A program made the translations under genes and the position numbers. This document shows positions 1 to 7,621 of a DNA stretch of 16,836 bases, piece after piece. The notes beneath the pieces are model-generated. The model had not been told where the DNA came from. It searched no databases and was given only the letters and a program-made list of their open reading frames with translations. Within the stretch, counting starts at the first letter, position 1. Every line of letters begins with the position of its first letter. This DNA comes from Promethearchaeota archaeon (lineage in GTDB: Archaea; Asgardarchaeota; Lokiarchaeia; Sigyniarchaeales; SOKP01), in contig JAHLWP010000058.1 of NCBI GenBank assembly GCA_019057865.1, positions 1 to 16,836 of the forward strand. The letters run 5' to 3'.

Positions 1-2
1 CT

Positions 3-470
3 GAACTACCCCCATTTTTAATTTTCTCAGTAATATTTTTTCCGATTTTAGGTGTTATTATAGCAGGTCTTATTGTATATGCATTACGCTATTATAGAAA
101 ACAAGAAGAAGAATCCCGGGTAATAAATGTTCCTCTAATTTCAAGAATTAAAAACCTTAAAATTCTTAAAGATTCTGGAAGATTAGAAGAATCATTATCT
201 TATTTGTTTAATGCAATTTATATGGATTTAGTGAATGCAAAATATGGAAGAACAAGAAAGGATAATGAAACAATTAGAGATTTTGCTATTGTGTCTGTTA
301 AAGAATTAAAATTAACTCCTGCTACTGTATATCCATTTATCCAGAAAATTGAAGAAGTAATCTATGCAAAACCTTTTAAAATAACAGAAAAAGATTTTTA
401 TAAAACATGTGAATTATTTTCTCCTATTTATTTTCAATTAACTGGTTATAATTTCGTATTAAATTTTTAA
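3..470 (+). CDS. 5'-partial membrane-anchored protein with C-terminal DUF4129-like helical domain
   Basis: The frame of ORF 204..470 is open back to the window edge: ELPPFLIFSVIFFPILGVIIAGLIVYALRYYRKQEEESRV...SGRLEESLSYLFNAIY... This gives a TM helix with a basic stop-transfer, then a domain carrying the DUF4129-like 'ETIRDFA...IEEVIYA' pattern. The context is a MoxR/DUF58/DUF4350 operon. Confidence 0.75.
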   Translation, partial: ELPPFLIFSVIFFPILGVIIAGLIVYALRYYRKQEEESRVINVPLISRIKNLKILKDSGRLEESLSYLFNAIYMDLVNAKYGRTRKDNETIRDFAIVSVKELKLTPATVYPFIQKIEEVIYAKPFKITEKDFYKTCELFSPIYFQLTGYNFVLNF

Positions 471-559
471 ATAAAATCTATAAATTCAAATCTACAATAA
501 AAATATTAAAAATAAAAATTAAAATGAACTACAAAAAATTATAAACTCAAAATAAATTA

Positions 560-576
560 TTAAATAAATTATTTAA
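560..576. promoter_or_regulatory. 8-1-8 palindrome TTAAATAA-A-TTATTTAA, candidate operator or promoter element
   Basis: Perfect inverted repeat ending 22 nt upstream of ATG 599. It overlaps a tandem AAATAAATTATT x2 (550-573), and a near-identical palindrome lies at 11965-11981. Confidence 0.35.
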
Positions 577-598
577 AAAAAGACAATGGTATGAAAAA

Positions 599-976
599 AT
601 GGCAAAGAAGAAAAAGAAGCAACCAGAACCAGAAATAAATGTAAAACAAAGATTCGATAACGTGAAAGTCTTGGTTGAAACTAATAGGCCTAAAGAAGCA
701 ATTGCTTACATTTATCTTGTCTATGATGATATTATCAATATCAAATTTAAAAAGCCTAGATTAGCCCATCAAACTATCCGTGAATTCGCAATTATGTGTG
801 TAAATGAATTAGAAAAGAAATTGAAACCAGAATCCGTTTACCCCTTTATTAAGAAGATTGAAGATATTATCTATGGAGGCATTGAGCCAACTAATAAGGA
901 ATTAAATTATGCAATCGAATTATTCTCGAATTTATACAACGAAATTACTGGAAAATCATTCTCTTATAAGTTGTAA
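599..976 (+). CDS. Soluble DUF4129-like helical domain protein, paralogue of the upstream gene's C-terminal domain
   Basis: Aligns by eye with the upstream protein: QTIREFAIMCVNEL vs ETIRDFAIVSVKEL; VYPFIKKIEDIIYG vs VYPFIQKIEEVIYA; ELFSNLYNEITG vs ELFSPIYFQLTG. No TM segment; Lys-rich N-terminus. Confidence 0.8.
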   Translation: MAKKKKKQPEPEINVKQRFDNVKVLVETNRPKEAIAYIYLVYDDIINIKFKKPRLAHQTIREFAIMCVNELEKKLKPESVYPFIKKIEDIIYGGIEPTNKELNYAIELFSNLYNEITGKSFSYKL

Positions 977-1036
977 TTCTATAAAATTTTCTATCGTGTT
1001 TATTGACATTAAAAATAAATAATAAACAAAATCAAA

Positions 1037-2767
1037 ATGGTTAAAGCAGGTAAAGCTTCTGAGAAAAGCATTAATATATCAAAAGCGATAATTTTTGGGT
1101 TTTTCACCATATACTTAATTGTATTTGGAGTTATAATTAGTGAATTTATTACCTCTTTTCAGAAGCATAATCCCGCAGACCTACCTGTTTTGGTTAGTTA
1201 TATCCCTTTGTTATGTTATATTGGGGCAGTTTTTTTAGGTATTGCTTTTATTATATTCATTAGAAATGTTTCTGTGTATAGAACTCGCCAAAGCCAATCA
1301 CGGAAACAAGTTAAAACAGGATCAATGTACAAACAAGCCCTTTTTTTAATAATATTTATTTTTGCATTTGTTCCATTGCTTGCTCCTATAATTGATCAAG
1401 GCAAAAATAACCACCATTTCTCGATATATAATACAGATTGGAATGGTTGTTCAGATTTTAGAGACACTATAGAAGGTCAAGGTTATGAAATAATGACGAT
1501 ACAATCAAGCCTTAGTGCTACTGAACGGTTAGATAAAAGAGTCCTACTAATTTTAATGGGACCTAATCAATATTATGATCCAATATTCGAAATTCCATAT
1601 TTTATTGATTTTTTCAATAGCAGTAATTCTCTATTGATATGCCATGATCATGGTTCTACAAGCACCCTATTATGGGAAATATTAATTGCGAGTTTTTTAA
1701 CTCAAGGTGATCTAGAAACCTTTCCCCTAACTATATTTCCGGATGGAGTTTTAAGAGATCACGCTTCATATCTGACGACTCCAGAATACCCAATTATTAC
1801 AACCTTTAACCCTCATCCAACCGTATTTCCTGGTATGCAAGTTATTTTAGGACAATCAAGTTCAGCTGTTGGTGGTCCCTTTATAGATATGTTCGGATGG
1901 GAGGGAATAGGTTATTCAACAGAACAAAGCTATATTGATAAGAATGGCAATGATCAATTTGATAATGAAACTGATGTACTTAATTTAGGTTTTATGTCTG
2001 GTTTGCTACCAGGTTTTCCTAGTGATTTGCCTCTCGGAATTTATCCCCATCCAGTATTTATGGCAAAAGAATACCAAAAAATAAGGTTATTTGTATCTGC
2101 AGACGCTAGTCTATTTAACAATGAATTAATCGAATTATATGATAATCGGCAATTTGGCATTAATGTTGTTGAGTGGTTAACATATATGGATTTAGGAGGA
2201 AATAAAGACGATTGGGTTATTGTATTTGATGAGGCTCATATCCGTCCAGAATATTCAAGAGATCTAACCTCTGCGGGGATTTATGGGTTTATAATGCAAT
2301 ATATAGTACATTTATCGACTAACCCTATTACAGCATGGATTTACCCAATCTTAGCATATTATACCTTAAGAAGATATCTACCAAAAAAAGATGAGAAAGA
2401 ACAGAAAAAGAAAGCAGAAGAAGCAGAAAAGGAAGAAGAAATAGCGAAATTTAGAACTTCTTCTTTCTTTGCCCAAAAAATTGAATGGTATAGAGAGAAA
2501 AGTAAATATGGAAAAGCATTAACTCTACTCTATAGGAGATTGGAAAGGAAATTAAATAGCCTATTAAAGGGTCAAAAAATCACAAAAGAAAATGTAGTAG
2601 ATATGGTTGTTGCTAAAGAACTAGGAATTAGTAAAACAAAAGTTAGAAGAATAGATAGATTTATGGATAAGATTTTATTGATAAAAGAAGGTAAAGAAAA
2701 AATAAGAAATGAACAAGATTTTGAAAACCTATTCTTTGAAATGGAATGGGTTGTAAATAATATCTAA
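1037..2767 (+). CDS. DUF4350-type (GldG/IFT52-like) domain membrane protein
   Basis: Three N-terminal TM helices; 'FSIYNTDWNGCSDF' domain start; 'LFVSADASLFNNELI..DNRQF..NVVEWL' and 'VFDEAH' motifs typical of DUF4350-like domains; a further TM helix and a charged cytoplasmic C-terminal helical domain. Lies directly upstream of moxR. Confidence 0.7.
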   Translation: MVKAGKASEKSINISKAIIFGFFTIYLIVFGVIISEFITSFQKHNPADLPVLVSYIPLLCYIGAVFLGIAFIIFIRNVSVYRTRQSQSRKQVKTGSMYKQALFLIIFIFAFVPLLAPIIDQGKNNHHFSIYNTDWNGCSDFRDTIEGQGYEIMTIQSSLSATERLDKRVLLILMGPNQYYDPIFEIPYFIDFFNSSNSLLICHDHGSTSTLLWEILIASFLTQGDLETFPLTIFPDGVLRDHASYLTTPEYPIITTFNPHPTVFPGMQVILGQSSSAVGGPFIDMFGWEGIGYSTEQSYIDKNGNDQFDNETDVLNLGFMSGLLPGFPSDLPLGIYPHPVFMAKEYQKIRLFVSADASLFNNELIELYDNRQFGINVVEWLTYMDLGGNKDDWVIVFDEAHIRPEYSRDLTSAGIYGFIMQYIVHLSTNPITAWIYPILAYYTLRRYLPKKDEKEQKKKAEEAEKEEEIAKFRTSSFFAQKIEWYREKSKYGKALTLLYRRLERKLNSLLKGQKITKENVVDMVVAKELGISKTKVRRIDRFMDKILLIKEGKEKIRNEQDFENLFFEMEWVVNNI

Positions 2768-2840
2768 TTACGTTTACATATTAATCTAAAAGATTCAATC
2801 AAAAATTATAAATTAAATTTAAAAAAAAGGTGTATAGAAA

Positions 2841-3818
2841 ATGGAAGCCGACAAGGCAAAATATTATGAACATGAAGAAATTGATATTACCCCTATAAGA
2901 GAAATAGCACAGGATGTATTAAGTGAAGTAAGCCGAGTCATTGTAGGGTATGGTGATATTCTGCAACAATTATTTATTTCGCTTCTCGTAAATGGACATG
3001 TTCTTTTAGAAGGTGTACCAGGACTTGGAAAAACTGTAATGGCAAAGACATTTGCAAAAACTCTTGGAATTACATTCAAGAGGGTTCAATTCACTCCCGA
3101 TTTACTCCCAGCCGATATCACAGGCACAAAAATCTTCTCACAAGAAGAAGGTACATTTGTTCTTCAAAAGGGACCTATTTTTGCAAATGTTGTCCTTGCT
3201 GATGAAATTAATCGGAGTGCTCCTAAAACACAGGCGGCTCTTCTCGAGGCTATGGCTGAACGACAAGTAACAATAGAGGGAGAAACCCTTATACTTGAAA
3301 AGCCTTTTATAGTTATTGCAACTGAAAATCCCGTTGAAATGGAGGGAACTTACCCCTTACCAGAAGCACAAGTTGACCGATTCCTACTCAAGATCTGGTT
3401 AGATTACCCTGAACAAGATGAAGAAGTGGATATCATGAGAAGACAGATCTCAGGTGAATCACCATCGGTGGATAAAATAACTAACGCAGAAGAAATACTT
3501 GCTGCTCAAAGATTAGTGAATATGGTTTACATTGATGATAGAATACTAAAATATATTAGAGATATTATATTAAAAACTCGAAATCATCCACAAATTGCGT
3601 TAGGATGTAGCCCTAGGGCTGGTCTCACCTTAATGAAATGTGGAAAGGCACGTGCTGCTATTTTAGGTCGAACCTATGTAACACCTGATGATGTACGAGC
3701 ATTAACCGTTCCAGCATTAAATCATAGAATTTTATTGAAACCCGAAGCTGAATTAGAGGGTCTTGATGTAAATGCTGTGATTAAAGGAATTATCGAAGAT
3801 ATTCCAGTACCAATATAA
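2841..3818 (+). CDS. moxR: MoxR-family AAA+ ATPase
   Basis: Walker A 'GHVLLEGVPGLGKT', 'RVQFTPDLLPADITG', Walker B 'VVLADEINRSAPKTQAALLEAM', 'NPVEMEGTYPLPEAQVDRF', sensor II 'SPRA'. SD-like AGGTG upstream. Confidence 0.97.
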   Translation: MEADKAKYYEHEEIDITPIREIAQDVLSEVSRVIVGYGDILQQLFISLLVNGHVLLEGVPGLGKTVMAKTFAKTLGITFKRVQFTPDLLPADITGTKIFSQEEGTFVLQKGPIFANVVLADEINRSAPKTQAALLEAMAERQVTIEGETLILEKPFIVIATENPVEMEGTYPLPEAQVDRFLLKIWLDYPEQDEEVDIMRRQISGESPSVDKITNAEEILAAQRLVNMVYIDDRILKYIRDIILKTRNHPQIALGCSPRAGLTLMKCGKARAAILGRTYVTPDDVRALTVPALNHRILLKPEAELEGLDVNAVIKGIIEDIPVPI

Positions 3819-3900
3819 AAATATTTTTTCCATTTTTAATAGGGTTATAATCAATTAAGTTAAATAAAGATGTAGAAATTGTAAGTAAGGTGGAAATAAA

Positions 3901-5229
3901 ATTCTAGGAGGAAAAGGAAGAAGTTTAGTTTTATTTGCTGTATTTTTTCTTACAGCAGGATTTGCGTTTACGAATTATTTCCTAATATATTTCGCCATTC
4001 TATTACTCTTTAGTACCATTATTAGTTTACCAGTGTTTCACTATAAAATGAATGTGGAAGAATTGAGGGTACATAGAGAACTCGAGAAAGAAAAAGTATT
4101 TAAAGATGACTTTGTCCATGTTAAAGTGGTAATAGAGAATATTGGTCGGAGTAGCTTTGATTACCTTGAAATTAGAGACAATTTTAACCCCCAACTTTTT
4201 AGACTAATTTTAGGTGAAAATTTCATATCAACGAGAATAGGACCTAAAGCTACTGTTAGGTTCTCTTATGTTCTTGAACCAAAAGTTAGGGGTGAATATG
4301 CATTGGGTCCATTGTCAATAATAGTTAAAGATCGCTTAGGTTTTAATTCACTCGAAAGAATCGTTCCTAATAGTGTTACAGATATACTTGTCTATCCTCC
4401 TTATGAAGATATTAAAAGAATTGAGATACTAGGTTCAAAAAGATCTTTACAATTGAACTATGGTCTCCAAAGATCGAAACAAAAAGGACTTGGTTCAGAG
4501 TTTTATGGTATGAGAAAATATGCTTTTGGTGATCAATTTAGATTAATTGACTGGAAGGCAAGTGCTCGTACCCAAACATTAATTGTAAAGGAGTTTGAAT
4601 CAGAGAGAGACATCACTGTTATGATTTTAGTAGATTCTTCAAGCTCTATGGCAGGAGGAGCTATAGAAAACACAAAATTTGAATATGCTATAAGAGCTTG
4701 TATGTTATTAACAAAAGTAGCCCTAACACGCAGAGACAGTGTCGGCGTTTTTACCTTTTCTGATAAAAAGAATCTAAAGTTCTTAAAACCTGGAAGTGGT
4801 GAAGATCATTTTTATCAAGTATTAGATTTTGTTGCTCGAGTGAAACCAGAGGGAAAATGTAGAATTGTTGAATCAATTGGCTATTTCACAGGACGTTTCC
4901 AAAAGCGTAGCTTAATCTTTATTATCTCTGATTTAGAAGCAGATGATAAAGAAGTTACCCAAGCAATAAAAAAATTAATTCCTTTTAATCATACTGTTAT
5001 TATTATTAATCCATTTAGTCCTTGGTTTGAAATACATGAAATCGATTTATCTTCAACTGATAAAGCTTTAGCAGAAGCGATAAGTGAGGAAATGATGGAA
5101 CATATTCTTAAAATAAAACAAGAATTAAGAAATTTAAGGGTTAATATAATAACAGTTGCACCCGATAATATGATGGGTGAAGTATTGAATAATTATATGG
5201 AAGCAAAGAAAAAGGGAAGAGCGTATTAG
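3901..5229 (+). CDS. DUF58 / von Willebrand A domain protein with N-terminal membrane hairpin
   Basis: DUF58 motif 'GSEFYGMRKYAFGDQFRLIDWKASAR...LIVKEFESE' and MIDAS 'LVDSSSSM'. The frame is open upstream of GTG 4033 to a stop at 3886-3888 and encodes (M)LGGKGRSLVLFAVFFLTAGFAFTNYFLIYFAILLLFSTIISLP. The start is placed at ATT 3901, after SD-like AGGTGGA; the start position is less certain than the gene call. Confidence 0.9.
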   Translation: MLGGKGRSLVLFAVFFLTAGFAFTNYFLIYFAILLLFSTIISLPVFHYKMNVEELRVHRELEKEKVFKDDFVHVKVVIENIGRSSFDYLEIRDNFNPQLFRLILGENFISTRIGPKATVRFSYVLEPKVRGEYALGPLSIIVKDRLGFNSLERIVPNSVTDILVYPPYEDIKRIEILGSKRSLQLNYGLQRSKQKGLGSEFYGMRKYAFGDQFRLIDWKASARTQTLIVKEFESERDITVMILVDSSSSMAGGAIENTKFEYAIRACMLLTKVALTRRDSVGVFTFSDKKNLKFLKPGSGEDHFYQVLDFVARVKPEGKCRIVESIGYFTGRFQKRSLIFIISDLEADDKEVTQAIKKLIPFNHTVIIINPFSPWFEIHEIDLSSTDKALAEAISEEMMEHILKIKQELRNLRVNIITVAPDNMMGEVLNNYMEAKKKGRAY

Positions 5230-5232
5230 GAG

Positions 5233-6657
5233 ATGACAAGATATTATATATTAATATTAAAAATCATAGGTGCATTAGTCCTCTCATGGATGTTAACCAT
5301 ATTTGTGATATCAATATTCCATTTTGATCAGGTTGTATACAATGATAATGGAGACTTCGTTTTTTTTGCTGTTATTGGTTCATTAGTCGATGTTTTTACA
5401 TATCTCTTTTATGTGGTTGCTTTTTTGATTGCTATTTTTTGCGCTTTTGTAACAGCTGGTCCGAATAGTTATTTATTCGATTTTATTAGTACATTTTTTC
5501 AAAATTATTTAGGTTTGTGGTTTAGATTTCCAGGAGGTATTAGTCCTGATATTGATGAAATCCCTGATCTTATAGGGGATGAAATTGCTGGATTATTAAA
5601 TAACGTTTATTTATTTTCTTTTCAAATTTTATTCGCAATAGCAATAATATATGCTATAAGATCCTTTTTTAAAAGTGATCCAAAATATACACTTTATACA
5701 ATTGGATCTATAGTCCTTATGATTGTTATTCCTTTTATGGTGTTTGAGTTTAATGATATGATGGCATTATTAGGAATGGAAACACTTCCATTCTTTGAAA
5801 ATTTAGCAGATCCAATTGATGATATATTAACTGATTTGCCAATTGATGATTTTGCCGCATTCATGGCAAGTCCAGTTACTGTGTTTGGTATTATAGCTTA
5901 TATATATTTAGAACTCTCATTTCAAGCAAATTATGCAGAAACTGTTACTAAACCTTCATTGCAAAGAAGTGATAGATTAGAAGCCCAATTAAATATATTA
6001 AAAAGAGAATCAATTCATATTACGGCAAATGTTGATAAAATTAGGGAAGAAGCTAAAAAAAGGAGAGAGGAAATCGAAACTGGACAAAAAGAAGGAATAT
6101 CAGTAGGTAAATTTTTCGCAAGAACAAGTAAACGATTTTCATTTGTAAAAGAAATGATAGAAAGGAGGAAATTGGAAGAAGAAGAAAAAAAATTAGTAAC
6201 AGCCGCCTCTAAAACAAGAAGGCTTGGTAGGTATATAGATCGTCTTTTTAAGGAAGACCCTGAAGCACAAAATACACTAACGGCAAGTTCTTCGGCACCA
6301 CGTGTAGGAAATTTAGCATATTCAACAGTGATTAATTTTAGTTATCGCGTTATTTTATTGATTTTTATAAGTTATATAATTATTCATCCTAGATGGTTCT
6401 TACTTAATGTTTTTAATTTACCTCCTGCTATAACTGAAAGTGTTGCTATGTATTCGCCAGAATCTATTATAATTTTATTACTTCCGATAATGCTACTTTT
6501 TCCTGTAATTTCTCAGATAATCTCTTACATTAAACATAGAAATTTGATAATTCGACTACAACAAGAGGGGCGTATAAAAGAAATTCTAGCATCTGTTGGA
6601 GATTACGTTAAAAAAGAAGAAGTAGAAGAGGAAGGAATTGTAGAAGAGACAGTTTAA
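5233..6657 (+). CDS. Uncharacterised polytopic membrane protein with a large charged coiled-coil loop
   Basis: About 7 hydrophobic segments and a ~130 aa E/K/R-rich insert. Starts 3 nt after the DUF58 stop, with AGGAG overlapping the TAG (translational coupling). Family not recognised. Confidence 0.8.
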   Translation: MTRYYILILKIIGALVLSWMLTIFVISIFHFDQVVYNDNGDFVFFAVIGSLVDVFTYLFYVVAFLIAIFCAFVTAGPNSYLFDFISTFFQNYLGLWFRFPGGISPDIDEIPDLIGDEIAGLLNNVYLFSFQILFAIAIIYAIRSFFKSDPKYTLYTIGSIVLMIVIPFMVFEFNDMMALLGMETLPFFENLADPIDDILTDLPIDDFAAFMASPVTVFGIIAYIYLELSFQANYAETVTKPSLQRSDRLEAQLNILKRESIHITANVDKIREEAKKRREEIETGQKEGISVGKFFARTSKRFSFVKEMIERRKLEEEEKKLVTAASKTRRLGRYIDRLFKEDPEAQNTLTASSSAPRVGNLAYSTVINFSYRVILLIFISYIIIHPRWFLLNVFNLPPAITESVAMYSPESIIILLLPIMLLFPVISQIISYIKHRNLIIRLQQEGRIKEILASVGDYVKKEEVEEEGIVEETV

Positions 6658-6678
6658 ATACCTATATTTTACTACAGT

Positions 6679-7608
6679 CTACAAATTAATAATAAATTGA
6701 GCTAAATTTCTTTTTTTCTTTAAGTTTATCATTAAAGTATCATAACAATAAGCATTTATCCCCAATTCTTCAATTCTTGGTTTTAATTTACAATCTTTGT
6801 TGTCAATTATGAAATGTTCTAAACATTCCTTATAAAAAGTTGCAACACCAACACAAGAAACTTCTAAACCTAACGCTTGCATCAAAGAAGCTGCTGGACC
6901 TTTAACAGCAGCACCTTCAATTATAGGACTTATCGCAAAAGCTTTATTTTTCTCTTTCATTAGCGTTTCTTTTATTTTTGGAACTTGAAGTATTGTCCCT
7001 ATAGATACAATTGGATTTGAGGGACAAATCAAAATTTTCCTAGCATTTTTAATATAGTCCAATATACCATCAACAGGTTTAGCATTTTCAATTCCCTTGA
7101 ATTTTACATCCAAAACTTCCGGTTCACAGCGTTCTTTTATGTAATATTCTTCAAAATGAATCTCGCCATCATGAGTACCAATGTAAGTCTCGACAGTTTC
7201 ATTACACATAGGAATTAGTTGTGATTTCACTCCTAATTTTTTACAAATCATTTCTGTAATCTGAGCTTTAGTATAACCTCGGGTAAATAAATCAGTGCGA
7301 TAAATATGCGTTGCTAAATCTTTGTCACCAGCATTAAACCAGCCAGTCTCATAATATGTTTTTAATATTCTTAAACAATTGTATGTTTCATCAACAAAAC
7401 CCCAACCTTTTTCTTTATCTACCAAATTAGCTAATGTATAGGTAATTATATCCAAGTCTGGACAGATTTTTAAACCAAACAATTCAATATCATCTCCAGT
7501 ATTAACAATGATTTTGAGCAATTCTGGTTTTACAACATTAACTAACCCTTCAATAAATTTTGCTGCTCCCACTCCTCCAGCTAATACAACATAATAATCT
7601 TCTGACAT
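6679..7608 (-). CDS. cofD: 2-phospho-L-lactate / phosphoenolpyruvate transferase (CofD/FbiA), F420 biosynthesis
   Basis: 'VVLAGGVGAAKF', 'VNTGDD...GLKICPDLD', 'GDKDLATH', 'HFEEYY', 'PSNPIVSI', 'SPII...VKGPA'. Adjacent to cofE. Confidence 0.95.
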   Translation of the reverse strand: MSEDYYVVLAGGVGAAKFIEGLVNVVKPELLKIIVNTGDDIELFGLKICPDLDIITYTLANLVDKEKGWGFVDETYNCLRILKTYYETGWFNAGDKDLATHIYRTDLFTRGYTKAQITEMICKKLGVKSQLIPMCNETVETYIGTHDGEIHFEEYYIKERCEPEVLDVKFKGIENAKPVDGILDYIKNARKILICPSNPIVSIGTILQVPKIKETLMKEKNKAFAISPIIEGAAVKGPAASLMQALGLEVSCVGVATFYKECLEHFIIDNKDCKLKPRIEELGINAYCYDTLMINLKKKRNLAQFIINL

Positions 7609-7621
7609 ATTATCCTTTTGC

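Noticed and set aside
204-206. TTG 204 as a gene start
   Set aside because: The frame is open to the window edge and encodes a TM helix plus sequence homologous to the N-terminal part of the 599..976 protein.
2864-3270. ORFs 2864..3079 (-) and 3052..3270 (+)
   Set aside because: Shadow frames wholly inside the well-conserved moxR, with no motifs.
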